Source: an uncultured Actinomycetes bacterium
Lineage (GTDB): Bacteria > Actinomycetota > Thermoleophilia > UBA2241
NCBI GenBank assembly: GCA_963725665.1
Contig: CAVRZA010000003.1
Location: forward strand, 64,001-128,000
Reading direction: 5' to 3'
DNA: 64,000 bases
Part shown: in pieces, positions 27,376-35,951 of the stretch
Layout: each line of letters opens with the position of its first letter
Position numbering within the stretch: the first letter of the stretch is position 1
The notes under the pieces: model-generated
What the model was told of the DNA's origin: nothing
What the model saw: the letters and a program-made list of their open reading frames with translations, nothing else
The model's database searches: none
Translations under genes and position numbers: made by a program

Positions 27376-28455
27376 CTAGTGCAGTGCCAGCTCGTGGGCG
27401 AGTTCGAAGTACTTCTCGTGCACGCCCTCGATGATCTCCTGCGACTCGACCGACTCGTACTGGCGCGCCAGCTCCTCGAGGTCGTGGTGCGTCAGCACGT
27501 GCCCGACCATGGGGAAGAGGACGTCGTCCTCCTTGTGCATGTGGTCCTCCAGGAGCTTCAGGTAGGCGTCGACCTTGTCGAGCAGCTCGGTGATGGCTCG
27601 CCTGTCGCCGGAGCGAGCGCGGGGGAGGTCGTCGCCGATGGTCTCCAGGCGGGTGCGCAGCTCGTCGTGGTCCTGCATCATCTCGGCCAGCACGCCCGTG
27701 CTGCTGCTCATGCCGCGCTCGAAGAGCTTGGCGAACAGCAGGCTCTCCTCTTTGTGGTCGTGGCAGGCGTCGAAGTAGTGCAGGAAGTCGATGAGCTGCT
27801 GCAGGATGTCGGGGTAGAACTCATCGCCCCCACGCACGCTGGCAGACCGTCGCCGCGCCGCAGCCACGACCAGGTAGCAGATCTTGTGCTCCTTCTGCAG
27901 CGTCTCGGTCGGCCGTCCAGAGAGCATTTGGGCAAGCTCCGAGTAGCGCTGCCGTACGCCGACGGCGACTTCCTCGCATTCGATCGAATCGAAGCCGAAT
28001 GCCAGCTCCTTTTGGTCCTCGTCGGTGAGCAACTCATTGGCCATGGGGAAGAGGATCTCCTCCTCATGGGCGACGTGGGAACGCATCAGTTTGAGGTAGG
28101 CGTCGAGCTGGGCCGCCAGCTCGGCCGCATCGCCGTCGCCGGTCTTCTTCATCGTCCGCAGCCAGTGTTCGATGTCGCGCAGGCGCGAGTGGAACTCCTG
28201 GTGCTCGCGGTAGAACTCGGCCAGGATGCCGGTGTCGTCGGGCAGTCCGCGCAGATGCAGGCGCGCGAAGAGAAGGTGCTCCTCCTTGGGATCGTGGCAG
28301 CCCTCAGTGAAGTACTCGAAGAAATCGACCAGCTCGTCGACGACATCGGGGCGGTACTCCCCGGTATCGCGCATGTAGCGGACCTCCTGCTCGGCCGCCT
28401 TCGTCACGAGGATCGCGAGCGAATGCTCTCTCGCCAGTGTGTCGGTCGGTCTCAT
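27376..28455 (-). CDS. Tandem double hemerythrin (HHE) domain protein
   Basis: Two repeats: RPTDTLAREH / RPTETLQKEH, CHDPKEEHLLF / CHDHKEESLLF, HVAHEEEILFPM / HMHKEDDVLFPM. Confidence 0.9.
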   Translation of the reverse strand: MRPTDTLAREHSLAILVTKAAEQEVRYMRDTGEYRPDVVDELVDFFEYFTEGCHDPKEEHLLFARLHLRGLPDDTGILAEFYREHQEFHSRLRDIEHWLRTMKKTGDGDAAELAAQLDAYLKLMRSHVAHEEEILFPMANELLTDEDQKELAFGFDSIECEEVAVGVRQRYSELAQMLSGRPTETLQKEHKICYLVVAAARRRSASVRGGDEFYPDILQQLIDFLHYFDACHDHKEESLLFAKLFERGMSSSTGVLAEMMQDHDELRTRLETIGDDLPRARSGDRRAITELLDKVDAYLKLLEDHMHKEDDVLFPMVGHVLTHHDLEELARQYESVESQEIIEGVHEKYFELAHELALH

Positions 28456-28694
28456 GGTCGCCTCCCTCTCGCCGTGCACGGCGCGGATACGACCTCGGTC
28501 CTGGGGTCACTCCGAGGACGGCGTCAAGGACGTATGTCGCCTGCATCTAGGGTACCCACCCTACGAGCAACAACGTATGGGGCAAAAGGTGTATTTGTGC
28601 CGAGGCAAACGACCCGTTTCTCGTGCAACGGGCTTGTCCACGTTGCTTGGGGTGAGGCGCGACGGAGGTAGGGCAAGACCCTAGGCGTCCCTCG

Positions 28695-28800
28695 CATGGG
28701 CTCGTTGGCTGCCTGTGGCGAGCCTTCCGTGCGGACCACGCGGAGGGTACTCTTGCCCTTTGCGTCCGCTGCGCTCAAGAGGCGGGCGTTTGCCGCCGGC
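28695..28800 (-). ncRNA. Possible c-di-GMP-I (GEMM)-like riboswitch
   Basis: Minus strand reads GGCAAAC...GGACGCAAAG...GGCAGCC in order; the canonical GAAA tetraloop is missing. Confidence 0.3.
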
Positions 28801-28819
28801 GACTTCACGGGAGGCCTTC

Positions 28820-29749
28820 ATGCCGAGACCACCTATCGCGCACTGGGACGACGCCCCGCGGCAGCGGGTCGCGCGAGGGCCGTTCGACGCCTACTGGACG
28901 AGTCTCGGCGCCGCGGCCGGCGCTGTGACGACCGGCTTGCGCCGGCAGGAGATCGGACCCGGGAGGCGAGCGACTCCCGCTCACACGCATACGGCGGAGG
29001 AGGAGTTCTTCGTCGTGCTCGCCGGGTCCGGCCTCTGCTGGCTGGACGGCGAGAGCTTCGCCGTCGGGGCCGGCGACTGCCTTCTCTGCCTCGCCCGCGG
29101 GCCCGCGCACAGCCTCATCGCCGGCCCCGACGGTCTCGACGTGCTGGTCTTCGGGACGCGCGCGGAGACTGAGGCCTGCTGGCTGCCCCGAGCCGGCGTC
29201 GCCTGGCTCGGCCCAACGTGGGTGGACGTGGGCGGCGGCGAGCACCCCTGGGTGCGCGAGGCGGCGGCGGGGGAGCTCGAGACCGGCGAACCAGGAGCGC
29301 GGCCGGCGACGGTCGTGGCGAGCGACGAGGTGGCCGCCGTCGAGGCTGGGAAGGGACGCTCGGCGTTCAGGCAGCGCAAGATCGGCGACGCGCTAGGCTC
29401 GCGCAAGACGGGGCTGCGACACTTCGCTATCGTACCGGGCAAGTATGCGTTTCCGCCGCACGTCCACTCGGCGGAGGAAGAGGTCTTTGTCGTGCTCGAC
29501 GGCGACGGCGTCTGCGAGCTCGGCGACGAGACCCACGCGGTACGCCGCGGTCACGTCGTGGCGCGTCCCGCCGGCACGGGTGTGGCGCACGCGTTCCGCG
29601 CCGGCGACGACGGCCTCGATCTGCTGGCCTACGGCGAGCGCAAGCCCTACGACGTCGTGTACTACCCTCGTTCGCGCAAGGTGTCGTTCGGTGGCCTCGA
29701 CGTGATGATGCTGGTGCAGCCTGTGGGCTATTGGGACGGGGAAGAGTAA
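28820..29749 (+). CDS. Double cupin domain protein
   Basis: PAHTHTAEEEFFVVLAG...AHSL and PPHVHSAEEEVFVVLDG...AHAF; YYPRS; YWDGE end. Confidence 0.9.
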   Translation: MPRPPIAHWDDAPRQRVARGPFDAYWTSLGAAAGAVTTGLRRQEIGPGRRATPAHTHTAEEEFFVVLAGSGLCWLDGESFAVGAGDCLLCLARGPAHSLIAGPDGLDVLVFGTRAETEACWLPRAGVAWLGPTWVDVGGGEHPWVREAAAGELETGEPGARPATVVASDEVAAVEAGKGRSAFRQRKIGDALGSRKTGLRHFAIVPGKYAFPPHVHSAEEEVFVVLDGDGVCELGDETHAVRRGHVVARPAGTGVAHAFRAGDDGLDLLAYGERKPYDVVYYPRSRKVSFGGLDVMMLVQPVGYWDGEE

Positions 29750-29773
29750 CTGACAACGCGGCCGATCGGGGCG

Positions 29774-29811
29774 CGGGGGCGGCGTCGTCGGCTGCGGCGA
29801 CGCCGCCCCCG
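29774..29811. terminator. GC hairpin with the CGGGGGCGGCG arm
   Basis: CGGGGGCGGCGTCG...CGACGCCGCCCCCG. Confidence 0.6.
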
Positions 29812-29829
29812 TAGTTGGCCGCGCGGACG

Positions 29830-30001
29830 GCCGCCCCAGACCCCGCCCCCGCCGCCTGTCACGATAGATGTACGGCTTCTGCCGGCTGCCGCAGACCTCC
29901 ATGCTGAACCAGGATCTCTGCGAGTCCTCCTCGGTGTTCAGCGTGTCGACGAAGGCGCGCACGAGGGCCGGCTTGCCGGGAGCCTGTTGTCTGCCTGCCA
30001 C
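29830..30001 (-). pseudogene. Internally deleted CGNR zinc-finger/ABATE regulator
   Basis: APGKPALVRAFVDTLNTEED (ABATE N-terminus) is fused to RSWFSMEVCGSRQKPYIYRDRR (degenerate WCSMxxCGNRxK); no nearby in-frame stop. Confidence 0.7.
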
Positions 30002-30081
30002 CGTTCCTTCTTCGTCGCCCGACGGTGTCCCGGGTCGGTCACCGTGCCGCCTCGCGCGGGCAAGCTCACCACCAAAATGCG

Positions 30082-30109
30082 TTGACAAGTGACGCGTCAC
30101 CGCTATAAT
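30082..30109 (+). promoter_or_regulatory. Near-consensus sigma70 promoter with a palindromic operator in the spacer
   Basis: TTGACA-16 bp-TATAAT; perfect 12-bp palindrome GTGACGCGTCAC at 30089-30100. Confidence 0.8.
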
Positions 30110-30150
30110 CAATTTGCAGGTAGCGACTTGTCGGTTGAGGAGGCGGAGCG

Positions 30151-30318
30151 ATGATGCCCATTCAGGGAGTCGAGTTCGAGCGCCAGAGGCGGCGCGGCCT
30201 AGACAAGATGGCAGCCGAAGGAGCCAGGCGGCGTCGCTGGGAGCTGGAGGCGAAGGCCGTGGGTGACGGGCTCGTTCTGTGGGCGCGACCGAACTGGACG
30301 GCAGGGTGGAAGGCGTAG
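30151..30318 (+). CDS. Small hypothetical protein (55 aa), not in the ORF track
   Basis: GAGGAGG RBS; MMPIQGVEFERQRRRGLDKMAAEGARRRRWELEAKAVGDGLVLWARPNWTAGWKA*; lies between a promoter and a terminator hairpin. Confidence 0.6.
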   Translation: MMPIQGVEFERQRRRGLDKMAAEGARRRRWELEAKAVGDGLVLWARPNWTAGWKA

Positions 30319-30369
30319 GGAGGACCACCTGAGCGCCGCCGAATCGGCGGCGGCTGGCGGACTCGTGCG

Positions 30370-30404
30370 TGCGGCGGGCGAGCTCTTCGAGCTCGCCCGC
30401 CGCA
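30370..30404. terminator. Long perfect hairpin after the small ORF
   Basis: TGCGGCGGGCGAGCTC-TTC-GAGCTCGCCCGCCGCA. Confidence 0.7.
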
Positions 30405-30521
30405 GCGCGCCGATAGGCAGCTCAGACAGCTAGTGGGAACCGCGATCGCTGCGGCCAGCCGCGTGACCGCCTACTGTATGCTTGCCCGCACAGGGGGTGC
30501 TTGCCGCAAAGGGGGTCATGC

Positions 30522-31226
30522 ATGGCGGATCAGCCGATCCTCGTAGGCGTCGATGTGGCCGCGCGCCGTCCGTGCACCGCGGTCGCGCTGCGCGGCGGGC
30601 GGACGGCGCGCGCCGTAGAGTGGCTCGAGACGAGCGACCGTGCGGCGCTGATCGACTGGATCGTCCGCTCGGGTCCGCAGGTCGTGGCGATAGATGCGCC
30701 GCAGGGGTGGAACCGGCGACTTCTCGGCGGGTCTTCCCGCCGCTCGCGCGTCTGCGACCATGAGCTGCTGCGCCGCGGCCTCGGCGTCTACCAGGTGCCG
30801 GCGAAGGCGGATGTCGACAACGGCACGGCGCGCCTGCCGGACTGGATCGGCGTGGGCTTTGAGCTCTTCCGCGCCTTGCGTCGTCGTGGCTTCGAGAGTC
30901 CGCCCGACGGCGCCATCCCCGGCGCCTTCGGGCAGCCCGCGGCCGTTATCGAGGTCTATCCGTACGCCGCTTTCGTCGCACTTCTCGGTCACCGGCCTCG
31001 CGCCAAGGCCGACCGTCAAGGCCTCGCCGCTCGTGTGCGCGTTCTGCGGCAAGCCGGCGTGGAGTGGGACGACTATTTCGACCACGACTCCCTCGACGCG
31101 CTGGCGGCCGGGTTCACGGGGTGGCGTTACCTGCAGGGGCGCGCGAGCGCGGTCGGCGACTCGCGTGAGGGCTTGCTCTGGCTGCCGGTCCCGCGGGGCG
31201 AACTCAAGGATAGCTACCGCGCTTGA
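30522..31226 (+). CDS. DUF429 predicted nuclease (RNase H fold)
   Basis: VGVDVA, VAIDAPQG, RVCD, IEVYPYA, DSLDALAA, EG..WLP. Confidence 0.85.
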   Translation: MADQPILVGVDVAARRPCTAVALRGGRTARAVEWLETSDRAALIDWIVRSGPQVVAIDAPQGWNRRLLGGSSRRSRVCDHELLRRGLGVYQVPAKADVDNGTARLPDWIGVGFELFRALRRRGFESPPDGAIPGAFGQPAAVIEVYPYAAFVALLGHRPRAKADRQGLAARVRVLRQAGVEWDDYFDHDSLDALAAGFTGWRYLQGRASAVGDSREGLLWLPVPRGELKDSYRA

Positions 31227-31254
31227 CCGCTCGCGCGGCGGGTAGACTCACGTC

Positions 31255-31764
31255 ATGAGCAGAGCCTTCGTAAAGGAGCCCGACGGCGGAACGCACGAGC
31301 CGATACCCGACCGGCCGCTGAGTGACCATCCCAACTATGTCTCGCCGGCCGGACTGGACGCGTTGCGCGCGAAGCTGGCCGACCTCGAGGGACGGCGCTC
31401 ACAGTTGGTGGCCGAGGGAGCGAGCGACGACCCGGCCGTCCAGGAGCAGATGGGCTACCTCGATCGCGACCTGCGCTACTACGCTGCGCGTCTCGAGAGC
31501 GCGATCCTCGTCGATCTGCTCACGCAGCCGCGCGGTGAGGTGGCCTTCGGCGCCGCCGTCGTCGCGCGCGACCAGCACGGCGCCGAGCACCGCTTCGTCA
31601 TCGTCGGCGAGGACGAGGCCGACGTGGCGCGCGACAAGGTGAGCTGGGTGTCGCCGGTGGCCGAGGCGCTGCTGGGAGCGCGACGAGGGGACGAGGTGGT
31701 CTGGCGGCGACCGGTCGGGGATCTGCGCCTCAGCGTCGAAGCGATCGACTACCCGGAGGCCTAA
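31255..31764 (+). CDS. GreA/GreB family elongation factor (short type)
   Basis: MSRAFVKE, NYVSPAG, RDLRY, IVGEDEAD, SWVSPVAEALLG. Confidence 0.9.
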   Translation: MSRAFVKEPDGGTHEPIPDRPLSDHPNYVSPAGLDALRAKLADLEGRRSQLVAEGASDDPAVQEQMGYLDRDLRYYAARLESAILVDLLTQPRGEVAFGAAVVARDQHGAEHRFVIVGEDEADVARDKVSWVSPVAEALLGARRGDEVVWRRPVGDLRLSVEAIDYPEA

Positions 31765-33853
31765 ACCCCTCGCCTATCGCCTGCGCTTGGGGCGTCTTGG
31801 CGCTTCTGGACACGAGCCACGACGGCTGCGCCTGCACCTTCGCTAGGGGAAGCTCGCTGCGCGCCAGGCGGCGCAGAAGCATGTCCTCGTCGTCGGCCGC
31901 GCCGCTCACGACGATCTCGTCGGCGGCGCGGCAGAAGCGCGCCAGGTAGCGCCAGGCCAGCTCCTCGCGCAGCCCGTCGGCGGTCTGGCGGCGCACGGCG
32001 AGCGGCAGTGCCGCCCCGTACTCGGCGCTCAGCGGCAGGTGCAGGAGGCGCGAGGCCAGGCGGGCCATGACGCCCATCGAGCCGGGCGTCAGGGCGTGCA
32101 CGGCCGTGACGCCCTCGCGGTCGATGAAATCGATGACCTGCAGCACCGGCGGGAACGCGAGTGTCAGACCGCGGACGCCGGGAGGCGTCACCGGGCCGAC
32201 AGCCGCGAACGGCTCGACGTCGGGGCCGCGCAGGTTGGTGGGCGCTTCTTCGAACTCGGCGGTGATAACGACCAGCTCGGCGCCGGCCGCGGCCGCGGCG
32301 CGCCGGATGCGCTCGACGGCGGCGTCCTCGCCGCCGTCGAGCGCATCGACGAACACCGCCACCTTGACGCGGCCGGCGCCGCCGCTCCCGGGGAAGCGCT
32401 GCGTCAGCTCGGCGAGCAGCTCCTTGCTCCTGTTCTGGGAGTAGTAGCCGTAGTAGTAGGGCAGGGCGAGGAAGTGCACGAGGCCTACGGCGCCGAGGTG
32501 GCTGGCGCCGCGGCGCAGGCGGCGGCCGAGCGCCAGAGGGGCGTCGCGGGGGTGACGGGCGAGCTGCCCAAGACCGACTCCGCTCAGCCCGGCGAAAGCT
32601 CGGCTGGCGGAGCGGTACATCAGCCGGTCGGCGAGACGGCTCGTGGCGGCGAAGACGCGCCGGTTCGCCCGCTCGGTCTGCGACTGGCGCAGGAAGTCCT
32701 CGTCGCCCAGCAGGAGCTGGGCTTCGCGATCGAGCTCCCGGGCGAAGGAGCGTGCGAAGTCGCGAAAGCCACCGCTGTAGAGGAGGCGAGTCCCAGTGCG
32801 GCGGCGCGTCGCCGGGGACGCGTCCGACCCTCCGCCATCTGTGTCACCCTCGTCCTCAGCAGACCTGCGCGCCTTAGGGCCGAGCTGCAGCGTGCCGGCG
32901 GCGATCTGGGCCTGCAGGATCTCTGCGACGTCGGCGAACGAGAGCTCGCCGGCGAGGCGCGCTCGCTCGAGCTCGCTGGGGTCACCGGTCGTCCCCGGCA
33001 GGAGGTCTTCGAGCAGGTTGTTGAAGAACGCCAGGTAGCCGTTGCGGCGGTCGAAGCCGAGGCGCTCCTCAGCGTATCGGTACCCGATGCCCCAGAGGTT
33101 GTGCGCCAGCGTCAGGGGGTCGCCATGCTCCCCGCCGGGTACGGTTCGTCTCTCGCGCACCGCGGCGAGAAGGTCCGCCGGCCCGGCACAGCCCTCGGCG
33201 ACGGTGAAGGCACGGGCGATGAAGAAGCCGCCGTGGTCGTCGGAGCCCCCGACCATCGCCTTCAGCCAGGGAGTCGGTCCCTGCGGCTCGATGCCGTGCT
33301 TGACGGCCAGCCGCTCCATCGTCTCCGGAGTGAGCGCGCCCAGCAGCCCGACGACGGCCTCGTTGTAGCGCTCGGCGCGCGCTCCGTTGCGCGCCTCGAA
33401 GACGTCGAACAGGAGGAGGAGCTTCTCGACGGTGTCGCCGTCGAGGCGCCCGTCGAAATCGAACAGCGGGTGGGCGATGAAGTGGACGATGCTCTCCGCG
33501 CGCAGCAGACCGACGAGCTCATAGACGTCCTCTCGCGCCGCCAGCAGGTCCGGGAACTGCCGCTCCGAGATGCCGAGGGCGACGACGTGCAGGCGGCAGC
33601 CGGTCTCGGGCAGAGAGGAGCTCAGCTCGGTGCTCAGGAAGGTCCCCGGGAGGTGCGCGATCTCGAGCGCTCCTGAGATCGAATTGTGGTCGGTGATGGT
33701 AACGAGGTCCATCCCGCGTCGGCGGGCGGCCTCGTAGACGGCCTGTGGAGAGGTGAAGCTCTCGGGGCAGCCCACGCGGCGCAGGAGTCGGCTCGACGGG
33801 GCGTCGGAGTGGAGTGAGTGGACGTGCAGGTCGGCTCGGCAGGCGTGAGTCAT
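31730..33853 (-). CDS. PHP domain fused to a truncated GT4 glycosyltransferase
   Basis: DLHVHS, ITDHNSI, AHP, GGSDDHG; KVAVFVD...FPP...HALTPG (GT4 N-terminal domain); C-terminal GT domain absent. Confidence 0.8.
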   Translation of the reverse strand: MTHACRADLHVHSLHSDAPSSRLLRRVGCPESFTSPQAVYEAARRRGMDLVTITDHNSISGALEIAHLPGTFLSTELSSSLPETGCRLHVVALGISERQFPDLLAAREDVYELVGLLRAESIVHFIAHPLFDFDGRLDGDTVEKLLLLFDVFEARNGARAERYNEAVVGLLGALTPETMERLAVKHGIEPQGPTPWLKAMVGGSDDHGGFFIARAFTVAEGCAGPADLLAAVRERRTVPGGEHGDPLTLAHNLWGIGYRYAEERLGFDRRNGYLAFFNNLLEDLLPGTTGDPSELERARLAGELSFADVAEILQAQIAAGTLQLGPKARRSAEDEGDTDGGGSDASPATRRRTGTRLLYSGGFRDFARSFARELDREAQLLLGDEDFLRQSQTERANRRVFAATSRLADRLMYRSASRAFAGLSGVGLGQLARHPRDAPLALGRRLRRGASHLGAVGLVHFLALPYYYGYYSQNRSKELLAELTQRFPGSGGAGRVKVAVFVDALDGGEDAAVERIRRAAAAAGAELVVITAEFEEAPTNLRGPDVEPFAAVGPVTPPGVRGLTLAFPPVLQVIDFIDREGVTAVHALTPGSMGVMARLASRLLHLPLSAEYGAALPLAVRRQTADGLREELAWRYLARFCRAADEIVVSGAADDEDMLLRRLARSELPLAKVQAQPSWLVSRSAKTPQAQAIGEGFRPPGSRSLRR

Positions 33854-33919
33854 CGCGGCTAGTGTACACGACCCCAGCGGCCGGCTCGGACGAGACCCGC
33901 GGCACTCCCAACTGCTGCG

Positions 33920-34999
33920 CTAGAGCTGTGGGGCGAACATCCCCGGCCGATAGTCCTCGGCGAGGCGCCGGCAGAGCGCCGTGAGCAGTCGTGCCGTCGC
34001 CTCGATGTCGTCTCCCTGCACGACCTCGGCCGGAGAGTGCATGTAGCGCACCGGTACGCTCACGAGCATCGTGGCCGCCGAGGCCGCCACCATCAGCTCG
34101 TCGGCGTCGGTCTGCGTCTCGCCGCCGGCCGCGTGCACCTGCACGGGGATGCCTTCAGCGTCGGCGACCTCGACGGCGAGAGTGAAGAGCCGTTTGTTGA
34201 GGAAGGAGCCGCGTTCGAGCACGGGCCCGGCCCCAAGGTCGACGCGCCCGCGCAGCTCCTTGGGCCCGACTGTGGGGTGATCGCTGGCGAAGGTGACGTC
34301 GACGGCGATCACGACTTCAGGACGCATGGCGGTGGCCAGCGAGCGGGCGCCGAGGAAGATCGTCTCCTCCCCGACGGTGGCGGCCGCCGTCAGACGCGCC
34401 GCCGGCGGCTGCGCCGCGACAAGCTCGAGGGTGCGGAACGCGACGTACACTCCGGCGCGGTCGTCGATGGCCGGCGAGGCGTAACGGCCGCCGGCCAGAG
34501 CGGCGAAGCGCGGCGCGAAGGTCACCGGATCACCTATGGCGAGCCGCGCGAGGGCCTCCTCGCGGCTCTGCGCGCCGATGTCGAGCCACTGCTGGTCGAT
34601 GGTCGAGGGTTTCTTGTCGGGCGTTTCGTGCTGGACGACGTACCAGGGCCTGTGGCCGGCGACTGCCTCGACCGGCCCTGCCGCGCTCCACACGAGGACG
34701 CTCTTGCCCGGCAGGAGGTCGGGCTCAAGGAAACCGATCTTGTCGAGGAAGAGGAAGCCGTGCTCGTCGATTGAGGCGACGACGGCACCGATCTGGTCGG
34801 CGTGGGCGGCGATCAGCACGTGTGGCGGTGCATCCCCCCCGACGTGGGCGAGCACGTTGCCAAGCGCGTCGGTCTCGGTCTCGGCGTAGGTCTGGGCCCG
34901 CTGCGCGACGAGCCTCTGCACCGGCTCCTCGTAGCCGCTCGGGCCCGGCGCGAGGCAGAGGTCGCGAAAGAAGTCGAGGTCGAGCGTCGAAGCAGGCAC
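33920..34999 (-). CDS. M42 family metallopeptidase
   Basis: GPSGYE, AHADQIG, DDRAG, GEE, AVDVT, TDA, RYMHSP. Confidence 0.9.
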   Translation of the reverse strand: MPASTLDLDFFRDLCLAPGPSGYEEPVQRLVAQRAQTYAETETDALGNVLAHVGGDAPPHVLIAAHADQIGAVVASIDEHGFLFLDKIGFLEPDLLPGKSVLVWSAAGPVEAVAGHRPWYVVQHETPDKKPSTIDQQWLDIGAQSREEALARLAIGDPVTFAPRFAALAGGRYASPAIDDRAGVYVAFRTLELVAAQPPAARLTAAATVGEETIFLGARSLATAMRPEVVIAVDVTFASDHPTVGPKELRGRVDLGAGPVLERGSFLNKRLFTLAVEVADAEGIPVQVHAAGGETQTDADELMVAASAATMLVSVPVRYMHSPAEVVQGDDIEATARLLTALCRRLAEDYRPGMFAPQL

Positions 35000-35063
35000 G
35001 GTGTCCTCCGTCGGTCGTTGAGCGGTGGCGCCGCAGCGGCTCGCCGTGGCCGCCCGGCGCATC

Positions 35064-35789
35064 CTACCCCACCGAGAGGCCGCGCGCCTTCTCGAGCTCC
35101 CTCAGGAAGCCCCTGTGGAAGAAGCTCGCGGGGTCGTCGGCCGCCGAGCAGAGGCGCGCGAACATGGACTTGGTCGCCGTGAAGGCCAACATGCGAGGCT
35201 CGAGGTACTGGCGCATGGCGATGTCGGTGGAGCCGATCAGTGCCTGGGGCACGTCGAGGTCGTCGAACGCCGGCCCCAGCTGGCCGCAGCCGGAGCTGAA
35301 GGGGGCGACCACCGGCGGCGGATCCCCGGGGGCCGAGTGGTACGACGCCGCTGTGCAGAGCAGGCTGAGCTGGTCGGGCTCTACGAAGAAGGTCGCCGTG
35401 AGCAGGTGCTCGTAGCGGTCTGCGCGCAGGGGTCCGATGAGGATGTGCTCGTGCTCGCGACGCAGCGGCCGCGAGGCGTCGATCCACTCCTCCATGAGCT
35501 CCGGCGAGGCTCTAAGCCCTTCTTCGCCGACGAGGAACTCGATGAACGCTGCACGCGCACGCGTCTCGACGCCGAAGAACTGCCGGGCGCAGCCACCGCA
35601 GCCGTAGCGCTCGCTCGTAAGGTGGAGGGACTCGCCCTGTCGCCAGCGCTGGACGAACGCAAAGACGCAGGCACGTCCTTTGGGCTCGACCAGCGGCGCG
35701 AAAAGCTGCGGGTCGGGTGCCTCGTAGAGCCCGATGACGGGCGCGGCGAGGCGGAGCTTGGCAAGAAGGGTCGACGGGTCGGGCTGCAA
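35064..35789 (-). CDS. DUF169 family protein
   Basis: GCGG, TFFVEPDQLS, PFSSGC, IGSTDIAMR; TTG after GAGGAGG. Confidence 0.75.
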   Translation of the reverse strand: MQPDPSTLLAKLRLAAPVIGLYEAPDPQLFAPLVEPKGRACVFAFVQRWRQGESLHLTSERYGCGGCARQFFGVETRARAAFIEFLVGEEGLRASPELMEEWIDASRPLRREHEHILIGPLRADRYEHLLTATFFVEPDQLSLLCTAASYHSAPGDPPPVVAPFSSGCGQLGPAFDDLDVPQALIGSTDIAMRQYLEPRMLAFTATKSMFARLCSAADDPASFFHRGFLRELEKARGLSVG

Positions 35790-35951
35790 GGCTGCCTCCT
35801 CGTGTCTCACGGACTGGCTCGTCACATGATAGCCGCGGCGCGGCGCTTCGCCACGCGGTGGTAGACATGGACCGTGTCTGAGGCATGGATGAGCCGCGCG
35901 TGCGGCACGCCGATGGCGGCCGCGGCGTTGGAGGCGCTAGACTAGTCGGCC

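Noticed and set aside
28640-28690. TGGGGTGA...GTAGGGC as a c-di-AMP (ydaO) riboswitch fragment
   Set aside because: The other conserved parts (GCUGAAUCC, GGGGGACCCA, CCCGUCAGCUAAC) are absent.
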